Below are positions 26,935 to 39,539 of a DNA stretch of 64,000 bases, piece by piece; positions within the stretch are counted from its first letter, which is position 1, and each line of letters begins with the position of its first letter. Below the pieces are notes generated by a model. It saw only the letters and a program-made list of their open reading frames with translations, was not told the origin of the DNA and made no database searches. The stretch is taken from the NCBI GenBank assembly GCA_034780895.1, contig JAUZTB010000017.1, positions 19,180,816 to 19,244,815 on the forward strand, written 5' to 3'. The DNA comes from Rhynchobatus australiae (Eukaryota). A program made the position numbers and the translations under genes.

Positions 26935-27133
26935 TAGAACTCCCTAGGTTATGACAGGGTTCTGTTCCTGAGAAAAGTTGGTAACCTGAACAGTTTACAA
27001 GGCCAAAATGTGGTTGCCTGGCAATATTTATAAATCCAAAATCTGGCAAATCCATTCTGCCGTCTCCCAAATGCTAATTCATATGTACAGGCTGTACATA
27101 GGTCAGGTATTTGTAATCTGGGAGGACCTATGT
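26935..27133. mobile_element. Degraded Tigger-like MITE
   Basis: Imperfect terminal inverted repeats (ctccctaggttat / gtaatctgggag), with TA at the ends. Confidence 0.4.
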
Positions 27134-27230
27134 ATTTTTCCATTAACAATTATTTAATGGAAAATTTTTGAGATGTAGTTTAGAATTGGGTCCTTTTAAA
27201 ATGGCATGATATGAGCTTTGTTTTCCACAG

Positions 27231-27391
27231 AAGATGATCACAGAGAAAAGTCTATCTCCCATCACACTGTACAACAGTTAATAATGGAAAAGGACCAGGC
27301 CTTGTCTGATCTGAACTCTGTGGAGAAATCTCTGGCGGACCTCTTCAGGAGATACGAGAAAATGAAGGAGGTGTTAGAGGGATTCCGAAAG
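27231..27391 (+). CDS. TACC2: TACC2 exon (EDDHREKSISHHTVQQLIMEKDQALSDLNSVEKSLADLFRRYEKMKEVLEGFRK)
   Basis: ccacAG acceptor and AAG|gtgggt donor, phase 1 to 0; near-identical to the TACC2 TACC domain. Confidence 0.97.
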
Positions 27392-29428
27392 GTGGGTTCA
27401 TTAAGAAAGTAATTTTCTAATCTTTTTCCGAACATAAAATTTTAAACTATGTATGGACAGCAGTTGTTCCCCTAACAGGGTAATTGTAATCATTTCAGCT
27501 GACAAATTTTAGTTGGTAATTCAAGATAAGAATGGGGAGGACATTGAAAACTGAGGATTCTGAGTTTTTAAAATTAAAACTTGAATCCCGTGGCACTTTA
27601 TGAAGTTAAATGTAATGATGCTGGCTGTGATTTGAAATTTTGTGTACCTGCGGCACTCGATGATATCCATATCCACGTAACTGATTTTGGCAAGTGAAAG
27701 TTAATAGAACAAACATTAAATTATTACATTTTAAACATCTAAGATTAGACTGGGACACNNNNNNNNNNNNNNNNNNNNNNNNNNNNNNNNNNNNNNNNNN
27801 NNNNNNNNNNNNNNNNNNNNNNNNNNNNNNNNNNNNNNNNNNNNNNNNNNNNNNNNNNNNNNNNNNNNNNNNNNNNNNNNNNNNNNNNNNNNNNNNNNNN
27901 NNNNNNNNNNNNNNNNNNNNNNNNNNNNNNNNNNNNNNNNNNNNNNNNNNNNNNNNNNNNNNNNNNNNNNNNNNNNNNNNNNNNNNNNNNNNNNNNNNNN
28001 NNNNNNNNNNNNNNNNNNNNNNNNNNNNNNNNNNNNNNNNNNNNNNNNNNNNNNNNNNNNNNNNNNNNNNNNNNNNNNNNNNNNNNNNNNNNNNNNNNNN
28101 NNNNNNNNNNNNNNNNNNNNNNNNNNNNNNNNNNNNNNNNNNNNNNNNNNNNNNNNNNNNNNNNNNNNNNNNNNNNNNNNNNNNNNNNNNNNNNNNNNNN
28201 NNNNNNNNNNNNNNNNNNNNNNNNNNNNNNNNNNNNNNNNNNNNNNNNNNNNNNNNNNNNNNNNNNNNNNNNNNNNNNNNNNNNNNNNNNNNNNNNNNNN
28301 NNNNNNNNNNNNNNNNNNNNNNNNNNNNNNNNNNNNNNNNNNNNNNNNNNNNNNNNNNNNNNNNNNNNNNNNNNNNNNNNNNNNNNNNNNNNNNNNNNNN
28401 NNNNNNNNNNNNNNNNNNNNNNNNNNNNTGACCATAAAACCTGGGCTAAAATGATCACATCAGTTTATATTGAATTTTTTTACTTTGGAGATTAAATAAT
28501 CTTAGATACAAAGCCAAAGATGGGACCAGTTTTGCAGTAGTCATGACCAGAAACCTGTCAGTGTTTGGGGTCATTACACTGTGGAACTGACAGTAACTTC
28601 TGAAGTATGCACCTGTGTAGTCAACACAGAAATCCAAAACTTTTTCTCAGTAATATCCTCTATCTTTTGTGGGGAGTAGTATTTTGCAAGCATTATCTTC
28701 AGAAATTAATGGTCTTGTGAAAATTTGTTATGTACAAAAATGTTCTTACTGTAAAAATATTCTGAGTATGTTGCACATTATTTCTTGGGGTATAAATTAG
28801 TTCTTGATGGCAAACAGCCTACTCAGCAGGTTTTTAGTGCCAGCAGACTAATTATACATCTTTGCATAAATATTTCAGAATGTAAAAGATTTAAGGTAAC
28901 TGAACAATTTGTTTACAGAATTAGTTGTAAATTTTTTAATGACATTACAGTTCTTGCATAAATCTCAAGTGCACATTTCCAGTCTTTATTGAGCACTATA
29001 TAAAATGTTAAAAGTCGCTCTTTTTACCTGCTAGCTGTGAGAATTATTCAGTGTTATTTTCTGTCCAATCTATTGCTGGATATCAAGGATTCTCTGAAAC
29101 TGCCTTCTGACATGACCAGCAACAGGGAGGGGAAAAACCTTGTCACAGAGGTTACAGGATCTTTGTGTGCAACTGCCTTCAAAGTCAGTGGTGAATATTG
29201 ATGTTCCTTTGTGAGCTAAAAAATACACTTCATAAATTTTACTTTAATTTTGCCAGTAATATCGGACTGAAATACAAATTTCCTCAGCTTGATCAATATG
29301 CAAAATTAAATCTACAGTGTGTGCTGAAAGCAATTACTTTTCAAGGTCTTCCTAAAAGGCTACTTTGAGGAAACATATTTTCTTGTGTATCTATTCTGAT
29401 CTTCAGGGCAATTACTTATTTTTGGCAG

Positions 29429-29535
29429 AATGAGGAAGTATTGAAGAAATGTGCCCAAGAATACCTTGCCCGTGTAAAGAAGGAAGAACAACGGTACCAT
29501 GCTCTCAAAATACATGCAGAAGAGAAGCTCGACAA
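29429..29535 (+). CDS. TACC2: TACC2 exon ([36 protein letters not shown])
   Basis: ggcAG acceptor and AA|gtaaat donor, phase 0 to 2; TACC domain. Confidence 0.97.
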
Positions 29536-30283
29536 GTAAATATTCTTTCTTCCTGTTGATAATTAGTAGCTCATTTAGAGGTATTATGCAATAGTTGAAA
29601 CAAACAGGGAACATATAATTTATCTTGTATCAATAAATACAATTAATGACAACGATTTTGCAAGGATGTACATGATTAGAGCAAGGAAATTTTTTATTCC
29701 TCTCCCAGGGACAAAGGTGAATGTTAGAATTGTAAGATTATGTAATTATCTTGTGTTTTTAAATGTTTTGTTTTAATTTTTTGACTTCGATGTTTACATG
29801 TTTTGATACTTTGAATAATGTTGAACAGTTTTCACATGAAACATTCGTAACTTTTCAACTATTCTCAGCTGGCTTAACTTGTGGCTGGGACTTGTTCTGC
29901 CATCCACTCACCACTCCTGACACACCCCACATCCACAATATCCTTTCCATCCCAGAAGCCTTCCTGCTACCATGCAGGCCCTTGCTGTTAGGGATCAGGC
30001 CAGCTCCTCTCAGCAAGTTCCTGCCTGGGAAACCACATGAGGTGAGTGGGAATTTTTTTTATGGCCTGCAGCAAGCATGTAGGCCATAGCTCAGCACTGA
30101 CCACATCTTCTGATCCATTATGTAGACTAGGTGGAAAGGATGAAAAATGTGCATGATGTAGCTGATTATATCACACTGTGATGCAAAGCTGTGGCTTGGC
30201 AGCCAATATGCACATAATAATAATAATGAGGAACTTGAATTGATATCTATATGCACTTTCACTGAAAATCCATTGAATTTTAG

Positions 30284-30404
30284 AGCAAATGCTGAGATCG
30301 CCCAAGTACGTGCCAAGTCCAAATCAGAGCAGACAGCTTTTCAAGCCAGTTTACGGAAGGAACAGATGAAAGTGGAGTCATTGGAGAGAACTTTAGAACA
30401 GAAG
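30284..30404 (+). CDS. TACC2: TACC2 exon ([40 protein letters not shown])
   Basis: tttAG acceptor and AAG|gtaatt donor, phase 2 to 0; TACC domain. Confidence 0.97.
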
Positions 30405-31555
30405 GTAATTCGAAGTGTTTTAGAAGTGAATGCCTCTTCAACATTTGAATTGGCAAGACTGAATTTCTGAGCGTTAGTTTGAATGTAATTTCTGATGGTC
30501 ATGTGTAACTAAATCCCACTTGGCTACTATTATATTTTCAGGTGTGTACTGCCTGCAGTTGTGTTGCTAGTTTATGGCTATATTTGATTTTCTCTGAAAT
30601 CTATGGGCAACAGTTTGTAATTATTCCATTGGAGACATTATGGAGGAGGTTGATGTATTTCGATACCCTTAGATGACAATCAGTTCATTATAATCTCCCA
30701 CATTCACAAATTCTTTACCCAAGTTAAGTGATTTCACATAACAGGGAATTCATGTGTTTGAGCTTTGGGACGTGTCCTTCAAATACCATGTAGTGTTCAT
30801 TGCACTTGCAAGAGATTCTCAACTAATGAAGGTTTTATTTTCATATGAAGTGCATTAATTCAATGACTCAGGTATGCTCTCAACTTGCATGCCACAGAAA
30901 TCACTATTGCAAAGTTAAATTGGAGTACAAGCACGTGAGTTAGCAACTGGCATTGAAGTGTTACTTTCCTGAATGCATTAATTTAGCTGAGGCAAAAGAA
31001 ATTTTAAAAAATCTGCCTCATTTTGCTCTAATTTTCTACACTGGGTAAATTCATGGCTGGAAGATACAGTAGCTGAAAAAGCAGGTAAGCAGTTAGGACC
31101 AAATACCAGGAGTGAATCTTCTGTGAAGTACCTCACAGCTCATCAGGAAGCTCCTGCAGTGCTTACTGGGATTTAATTATGTGGCAATTTATGTAAGAAA
31201 TACTGGAGGACTGAGATTATAAGATGTTGGACATTGAGGCTTTTGTTTTAGCTTGGGAGTTTTGCCTGTTTAATTTAATTAACACCTCACAGTACTTTAT
31301 AGCTATCCATCAAGCAGCAAACATCACGGAACAAATAAAATACCTGCTGCAGTCCATAGGGTTCTCATTAGTAAATAATTTGTGACTTGCTTATTGCTGC
31401 ATTTTTTTCAGTGAATACTACTGACATTTTCTGGGAATGGCTGTGGAAAGACCAGATATCTGTGACTTCAGGGTGGTGATTTAAAAGTAGCACAAGCTGT
31501 GCCTCTTCATTATCTTGGAAAAATGTACATTAATGTATTTCTGATTTCTTTTCAG

Positions 31556-31621
31556 AATAAGGAAGTAGAAGAACTGACAAAAATCTGTGATGAACTGATT
31601 GCCAAAATGGGGAAGAGTTAA
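31556..31621 (+). CDS. TACC2: TACC2 last coding exon (NKEVEELTKICDELIAKMGKS*)
   Basis: tttcAG acceptor and TAA at 31619-31621. The C-terminus MGKS matches TACC2, whereas TACC1 ends LGKTD (recalled). Confidence 0.97.
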   Translation, partial: NKEVEELTKICDELIAKMGKS

Positions 31622-32420
31622 TGTTGCTTATATTTTTTGTTGATAGCGGGGAAATACTGAGTGCAATAAAGCCAGTGGTGCAGTAATGTTGGCTGACCTA
31701 TGTGGACATTGTGGTTTTCACCACATTTTAGTGCACTATTTCTCTTTCCAGTGAGGACTGTTTAATGTATGTAGCAATCAAATGGCCCTTGCAAGTTTTC
31801 CTTTTACTGTCTGCTGTATTGTAGTATGGCACATGGCAAGTTGATGTAAGAGTTCCTGTATCAGGGAGATTGGTCCTTCAATGGCTACGTGAGATGTGTT
31901 AGATATTGAGATTGATTTCTCTTTTGGTTCTTTTTATGGGTTCCCAAGTAATGTGTTTTAAAGTTTCAATATACTGTACATTAAATTACTGCAAGAGAAG
32001 TCTTGCCAATTTTCAGTGAAGCCTTAAGAATCTAGACTTGATCTGCATAATGAATTTGTAAAAAAAAATGCATGTGTCAATGAAGTTCTCTATTGTAAAT
32101 AAAATTTAGTTTAAAATCCCTTTGCTGTTTTTTTTAAATGATTGCTTTTAGTTTTATCTCAGAGAAGTTTATGCAAAATTNNNNNNNNNNNNNNNNNNNA
32201 TTGCAATGTTTGTGGTAGCTACAATTTTTCAGACAGTACAAAGATTGTTTCTTTGATACGAAAAGGTATCTGTTGATATTGTACATGAGAAAGGGATGTG
32301 TGTTTATTCTGACATTGCATTCTGTTCTCTCAATGACTCACACACATCTCAGTTTTGCTGTTCAACTCTTGTCGGTGGCAAGTTTCTAAAACAATAAAGA
32401 TGTTTGCTCATCTAAAGTGA
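31622..32420 (+). other. TACC2: TACC2 3' UTR with alternative polyadenylation signals
   Basis: AATAAA at 31665, 32098 and 32393; U/GU-rich sequence follows the latter two. Confidence 0.7.
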
Positions 32421-32989
32421 TTTTCACCTGCTGGTGTTCTTGACATTTACTGCCATGTATAAATTAGAATTCTCGGAATATATGCCACAGTTGCATGGTT
32501 ACCTTGGTCCATATTTTCTCATCATTTTGATTTGATGTTAACATTTCAATTATGTTAGAAGATTAGATCATATTTGGCTGTAGTAATCTGTTATGTATTT
32601 CTTTCACATTTTCTTCTTTTGATCAACTCCGCAGCCCACTCTCCCTCTATTCTCCAAAGGTTATATTCACAGGTCACCCAATCATATACACAACCACCCA
32701 AAATCCTCTCCACAGCTTACCACTGCCACTGTTCTGGTTGTTTCTAAAGACAACCCCTGGCCATCGATTTGTATTGACAGTAAAATTGCCATCCTGATTG
32801 TTTCCACAGTGGGATCTTCTTCCCTTTTTCCTCTTTGCTTCCATCCTGAAGTCTTTCTCTTCTATGATCTGCTTTCTCCACTATTCCATCCCCATTCTGG
32901 TCCCCAGTGCACTCCCTTCATGATTTCCTCTTTCTGCAAAGATCCAAAATTGTGATGGAAAGTCAGTATTTAGATATAAATAATAAAGT

Positions 32990-33345
32990 AAGAACATAAT
33001 ACATAGGAGCAGAAAAAGGCTATTTGACTTTTCAAGCCTGCTCTGCCATTTTTCAAGGTCATGGCTAAACTTCTGTCTCAATACCATTTTCCTGCACTAT
33101 CCCCACATCTGTTGATTCTCTCAATATTCAGAAATCTATCAATCTCTGTTTTGAATTAACTCAGTGACTGAGCCTCTGCAACCCCACATTGTAGGAAATT
33201 CTAAACATTCATCATCCTTTGAGTGGGGAAATTTCTTCTCATTCCAGTCCTAAATAGCCTTTTGCTTATTCTGAGGCTGTGACCACTGGTTCTGGCCCTC
33301 AACCAGGGAAAGCATTCTCCCTGTATCCAGCCTGCAAGTATTTTG
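32990..33345 (-). mobile_element. CR1-type LINE 3' end
   Basis: Begins 'agaacataatacataggagcag...ggctatttg...agcctgctctgccatt', the typical reverse CR1 tail. Confidence 0.7.
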
Positions 33346-33939
33346 TAAGTTTCAGTCAATTAGAATAGACCCATTCACAACTACTATAGTGAGGCAAGTT
33401 TTAGTTTTTGGGTACTGCCCACTTATGGAAACTCTCAACTCGAGGACTTGCCCAGCTGAGGTTTGCAGGTCCACTTACAACAGCAACAGAATTGAAGAAA
33501 TCTTTACATAGAATGACTCACTATGTGCTGTTTAAAATCTAAAATACATAGCCTAAAAAATCTGCCCTGGTTGGTAATGCTAAATATGGTATATGGTAGT
33601 AACAGCACTTTGTACTTTGACTTGTGTACTCCATGGGCAGGGCTGTAGAATGGCTGAGGCAAAAATGTTTTGCTCCAGGTGTGCTTAATGCAAATACCAA
33701 TGATTTTTTAAACCATAAAATGAGATGAAAATGGAAGCAGAAGAAGATACAACTAGTTTAGCAGGGCAATGGGATCAGTTTCCCATTGTTCCAGAATTAG
33801 GGCTGGTAAGGGCAGGTGGGTACAATTACTTCCTTCTTTGGAGCATGGTTGATCTTTTCAGCTTGTAAGAAAATGTTTCTAACAAGGTTGACCACAATAT
33901 CCAATCCTCAAATTTAAAGAAACAGAAACATAAGATGAT

Positions 33940-34400
33940 GTAAATACTAAGCAGGTGTCGTATGTGAAAAAAAGTATGATTATTTCAGGTCCCTGGAATG
34001 TCTGATAAAATGTCATTGATCTGAAACGTTAATTCTTGGTTCTCTGTCTACTGATGCTGCCTGGCCTGCTGAGCACAGCATCAATTTCTGGGTTTACTTC
34101 ACATTTCCAGACTGTGCTCGTTATTTTGATTTTTCATTAGGATTTAAAGAAATGCTGCGGTCTTCTGTGCCTGCATTTAGCCATAAATGCAGAAATCAAA
34201 ACATTGCCAGTGGAACAAAGTCTAATTTCCCAGCTCAATGGCACCCAACTATAATTGCAAAGCAAAAAAAACTGCAGATGCTGGAAACGTGAAATAAAAA
34301 GAACAAAAAAACATTGGAAAGACTCAGCAGATCAGGCAGCTTCTGTGGGGGGAGAAATAGAGTTAACATATCAGGTTACTGACCATTCATCAGAACACAG
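33940..34400. mobile_element. Two decayed Penelope-like short elements with hammerhead-like cores
   Basis: CTGATAA...GAAACGTT at about 34002-34030 (+); 'ctgcagatgctggaa...ctcagcagatcaggcagc...tcatcag' at 34270-34395. Confidence 0.55.
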
Positions 34401-34519
34401 CTATGTTTCGGGTCAGCTGTGTATTTTAGTAATAACGAACCTTCTTTGCTTTTCTGTAAGTTGCTCCTCAAATACGTGTGGCATTGTAGACTTACTCCAT
34501 TTGAGCAACAGCATGTTTT

Positions 34520-35350
34520 AGATCGTTATATTTAGTGCGATGGTCCTGTTAGGCCTCGGGTGGGTTCATACAAGGAGACAGGAACAGGAGTGGGCCGCCT
34601 GGCCCCTCAGGCCTACCCCGCCATCCAATGGGATCACGGTCGATCTGCCCCAGGCGCCAACTCCTCTTCGGTGCCAGTCGCACACGGGCTTCAACTCCTC
34701 CCCGATGGCTCGAATTGGCCGCGATCGAGTCGGGTTTTAGCTTTACACTATAGGGTAGGTATATTTGCCAGCTGGCGGGGAGCAGCTGCAACCAGTGTTC
34801 GAGTCTGACGCTGCCCTTGGATTTCCATGGAGACCGCGTCTCCGGTCACCATGGGAACTCGTATTCCGGAGTTGCCTGGTAACGGGGCCTTGTGCGTTCA
34901 GGCGGAGTAACGTGGACTCGGTTGCCGGGGGGGGGGGGGGGGTGGGTGCAAGGTTATTGAGTATTTGTTATTAATATAAGCGAGGGCGCTCAGAGAGTGG
35001 GCGGTCAGGAGGGAGGAGAAGGAAGGGGGAATCAGAGGAAGGCCGCGACCGCACCATGGGCAGCGAGGCGGGAGACTCGACGGACGACGTGCCCGAGCCA
35101 AAGCCGAAGATTTCGGAGCCGCAGCTGACGTACAATCCCCGGCCGCCGAAACTGCGCAAAAATACGACCGGGCGCTCGGCGTAAGTGAAGGGTTTCTGTT
35201 GTTCGGCAGCGGTGCGGGAGTTCGTTCCATTGCGGCAAATGCCCCGTCATTCTCACCACATCAGTAACCAGCAGGGGAACGACTGCAAGTGCAGGGACCA
35301 GCCCCTGGGATGCGTGTGGGGCGAAATTATTTGGTTGTTGGCAACTTTGC
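34520..35350 (+). promoter_or_regulatory. CpG island and promoter of BTBD16, with RFX X-boxes, a GC box and a G-run
   Basis: The only CpG-dense stretch in the window. X-box-like motifs at 34821-34883, GGGCGG at about 34999, AT-rich TTAATATAAG at 34971; directly precedes a Kozak ATG. Confidence 0.85.
35056..35180 (+). CDS. BTBD16: BTBD16 coding exon 1 (MGSEAGDSTDDVPEPKPKISEPQLTYNPRPPKLRKNTTGRS)
   Basis: Strong Kozak GCACCATGG inside the CpG island; GC|gtaagt donor, phase 2; chains in frame to the downstream BTBD16-like exons. Confidence 0.7.
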
Positions 35351-35829
35351 AAAAACTGCTGGTATTTTAATTACGAATATTGTAATGGGTCTCATTTTTA
35401 AAGGCGTCCGCATANNNNNNNNNNNNNNNNNNNNNNNNNNNNNNNNNNNNNNNNNNNNNNNNNNNNNNNNNNNNNNNNNNNNNNNNNNNNNNNNNNNNNN
35501 NNNNNNNNNNNNNNGTCCGCATATAAATGCAACTCTGGTGCAAATATGTCACACTAGATTTAAATGTTGGAAGTTCTAATTTTTTATCTATGGTTTGAAA
35601 TAGTTTTAAATGATTATTTTTGAAATGATTACTCGAGGAGTTAAATAATAATTGAGAATGATTGGGGGTTATATTACTGAAACTTGGAAATAGAGAATAT
35701 TCATTCATAGATTTAAAAGTATATTTCATCGAAGGCTATAAAATTTCACGAAAATGTTCATGCCATCCATTCTGATCCCATTCAATTTAATATTAAATAC
35801 GTTTTGGGCAGAACCCCTTCAGGACTGAG

Positions 35830-36560
35830 GATGACTTGCTTTCACTTCAGTTCTCTGGGTTTCCATTTGGCTGATGAGACCATTGTGGGAGCTGCAGATT
35901 CTGTCACAAGTGGGGTTGGAGCTGCTTGTTTAAGTGGACTCTTGTATTGACTGGGAGGTGGTGTGCACCTTCTGACATTTGTGCTGGGCTTCTCTGCATT
36001 GTCTGCGCCCAAAATGACAGGCAACAGAAGTGCTGTCAAAAGTAAATCAACACTGAAGGTCACAAGGACCCCCACCCATAACAAAAGCTCTTTTTAAAGA
36101 GCACCTCGTAGGCTAGCTGACAATCACCAACTGCAGAGTGTCTCCAGCATCTGAACTGCCCTGAAGTTCACCATAATTAATATTTGTGCAGAAAATCCAG
36201 AACTGGTTTGATGAGAATGACCAGGAAATCCAGGAGCTAATTAACCACAAACGAGGCATTCTTGGGTTGAAAACATCACCATGCATCAAGGGAAAAGTAG
36301 CAGCTCTAAAGGCACCTGAAGAATGAAGTTCATCAGAAAATCCATGACCAAAAGAATAGGTAGTGGTTGGAAAGACTGCAGAAGGTCCAGCAACTTGTTG
36401 ATAAGCATGACATGCACAAATTCTTCAGCACTATTATAACCATGTAAGGATTATATATCCACGGACCCAACTGAGAGCTAAGAACAGAAGAGGATTTAAG
36501 TGAAGCACCATGATACTGTTCTTGTCATTAGAATCCCTGATTCCATCTCACAGCAAACTA
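35830..36560. mobile_element. RTE-clade LINE fragments
   Basis: 36200-36250 translates as NWFDENDQEIQELINHK, a typical RTE ORF motif. Confidence 0.65.
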
Positions 36561-36629
36561 AATGGTTCAACCCTGCCCCTGCCTCTCCCCATCCCCTCCC
36601 CCCCCCCACCCCATCCCACCCCGAGGAGG

Positions 36630-37300
36630 GTGCAGAGAATTAGAGGTTGATTTGGACGGGTTGAGGGAGTGGGCAGATACGTGGTAGATGGAAGTATAAT
36701 CTGGATAAATGTAAGGTTATCTATTTTGGTGACAGTAACAAGTGCAGTGGGTGGCTAAGAAGGTAAATTGTATGCTAGCTTTCATTGAAAGAGGACTTGA
36801 GTATAGGAACAGGGATGTCTTACTACAATCATATAAGGCCTTGGTAAGACCCGACCTTGATTATTATGTGTAGTATTGGTCTCCGTATCTGAAGAAGGAT
36901 GTTTTTGCTATGAAGGGATTCAGCCAAACTTCAGGCTGATTCCTGGGATGGCAGGAATGGTGTATGAAAAGATGTGACTATAAACCTAACTAATTCATAG
37001 GGACAAAAAAAAATTACTTGAAGAAGCTTACAATATTTAAATAAACTGGACAGATTAAGTGCTGAAGAGATGTTCCCAATAGCTGAAGAATCCAGTGCTA
37101 GAGCCAACAGTCTAAGGATAAGCCATTTAAGATCGAGATAAGAGGGAATTTCTACTCAATGAGTGATAAAGCAGTGGAAGCCAATCATTAAAAATATTCA
37201 AGTAGAATTAGATATTGTTCTTGTTGCCAGAGGTATCAAAGGCTGTAGGAAGAAAGCTGGAACATGGTATTGAATTTGGGTGATCAGCATATTGTGCANN
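36630..37300 (+). mobile_element. CR1 LINE 3' fragment (decayed)
   Basis: Remnants of WxMxYNxDKCKVIYFG and YKALVRPTLDYxVxYWSPYLKKD. Confidence 0.8.
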
Positions 37301-39539
37301 NNNNNNNNNNNNNNNNNNNNNNNNNNNNNNNNNNNNNNNNNNNNNNNNNNCTCTGTTTCCACGTTTAAGTGAATTGTGGCTTACCCTAATGCTGTTTGTA
37401 AAAGTTGCATAAAATGGCAGGTCTCCCTGTGCAACATAACGCTGTTGGATTTCCCTATGTAATGATGCACTGAACATGACATTGTTGGTTTCAGCAATAG
37501 CATTCTCTCTTAATGTGTTCTGGAGGAGTCCACAGATACCCTCCAGGGTTTATAGACAGGTAGCCCTGGCATGAGGTTAACATAGAACATAGAAAATATC
37601 ACAGCAGACAAATTTTGCATGTTGCTCCACTGTTGGGAGAATTTTATGCTGGGGGGAGGGAATTGCTGGGGAAAATGAAAATTATGGCAATAAATGAGGA
37701 AATAACCTTCCTAACTGGCACAGGGTTACCCAGAAATGTGTGCAGAATTGCTCTTCTCTGTGCTTTTTTAAACAGCAGCTGTTTTTTTTTCAGGTTCTGT
37801 GGAGGAATATCTAGCCTTTGATTTTTCCAAATGTTCAGTCCTGTTGTGGGACATCTAACCAATATATTTCATCAGCAGTCTGAGTCAGGTGCACAGGCAG
37901 CAAGTCAAAACTGGTCATGCCAAATTCTACAATTTCAAATTGCTTATTACATAATTACCAATGGCCATTCTGCTAGATGCATGAAAAGCAGCCCAAAAAA
38001 TAAAGCTCTGACAAAATGAATCTTAAATGACTTCCTAACCAGCCCGCAGTGGCAAAGTTAGTAATGCTCAGTTATGTTCAAGAAATCAAATTACTGATTT
38101 ATTTTTGAATTTTTCAATGTAAATTCAGAAAATAAAAGTGTTAAATGTTCATGTGTAATAGATCTCATTAAGTAAATATGAATGTAGTCTTATTTTTAAA
38201 AATAATTTTGATAAAAATCTTCCATTTAGTTTTTCTGACAAAGCCTGCTTCTTAGATAACACAGAATAAATAATTTGCGATGGAAAACTTTTTATTTCAG
38301 ATAGGGAAAGAACACCTATTGTTGGCTGTGACATAATTCAGAGACTGTATTCCCTACCGTGCCTTTTTTCTATACTTTAAGAACCACTACTTTTTCAATT
38401 TAATTATTTCCATTTTGTTATAATACTTGCACGAAATCAAATTATAATTTCTGTTACCTCACATTATTGCTTCTGAAAGACAGTGTTCAAAAAGGTGCTA
38501 TTGGTTAATAGTCTGGACTATTAACGAGTCACAAAGTAATGGTGCTTGAAAAGGCACCCACAAGATTTAGGTGGTCCTATGGCAAATATTCCCCTCCTCT
38601 GACAAGACCTGTAGTCTAATTCATTAGTATGCATTCAGCTTACAAATAGAACAGAAGCAGGTGAGAAATTGACCTTCAGCATTCGCAAAATGGGAAATTA
38701 GCAACCTGTTTCATATCCCCAGCCCCAATATTTTACTTAATGTCAATGGCAAAGAAAACTAATTGGGAGGAGAGTGAGCTTCAGTTCCACTGTCACAAGT
38801 TTGACATTACTGCTGATGACCAATTTCACTACAACACTCTCCTGTTTCCATATTTGTCTCTATCCAGAACACATTACAGAGCAGGACAAAGCTGAGTTGG
38901 ATAAAAGCAAATCCTAATTTCTTATTATAATGTATCTTAAATCAATATAGTTCTGGGAAGTTATCAATATTTTCATACCCTGAGTGCTTTTCTGAGAACT
39001 TGTTCTGATCCTAGGGGAAATTAGCATTGGCTTGCTCCCAATTAACAATTTAATTTTGTTAAGCAATGCTCTGTGGCTCAAATACTACTCTTTGCTGTGC
39101 TCCCTGAACTCTTGATTATTAAATGTATTATTCTGGAAGATAGCATTAAAAAATTATGCAGTACAGAAATTGAATTATATTCATCAAAGAATAAAGAAAA
39201 CATTTGATTTCTTAATCTTTAACTTCCTCCCAATTCCTGAAGGACCTCAACAGTTTTTAATTGTTGAGTACTAGTAATGGTTTAGGACGTTGGCTGTTCC
39301 CCTTCCCCTGTAAGGTTGTGCTTAATTTGTGCAAGCCACAAAGACTAATTTCATATCATCCCACCACCATGTCAATGGTACACAAAATGGATCCATATTA
39401 GTCAATTCAGCAGCATTTGAAAAGTACACCATCACAATCTGAAGCCTCATAGCTTAGATAGCTTCACTTTACCATTACTATAAAGCTAGATGATCAGTCC
39501 TGATTTGTTCAGAAGGGCATGCTGGGAGAAGCATTGTCT

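Noticed and set aside
34540-35352. Overlapping ORFs on both strands in the CpG island
   Set aside because: Expected from stop-codon scarcity in GC-rich DNA; no recognisable protein apart from the spliced exon 1.
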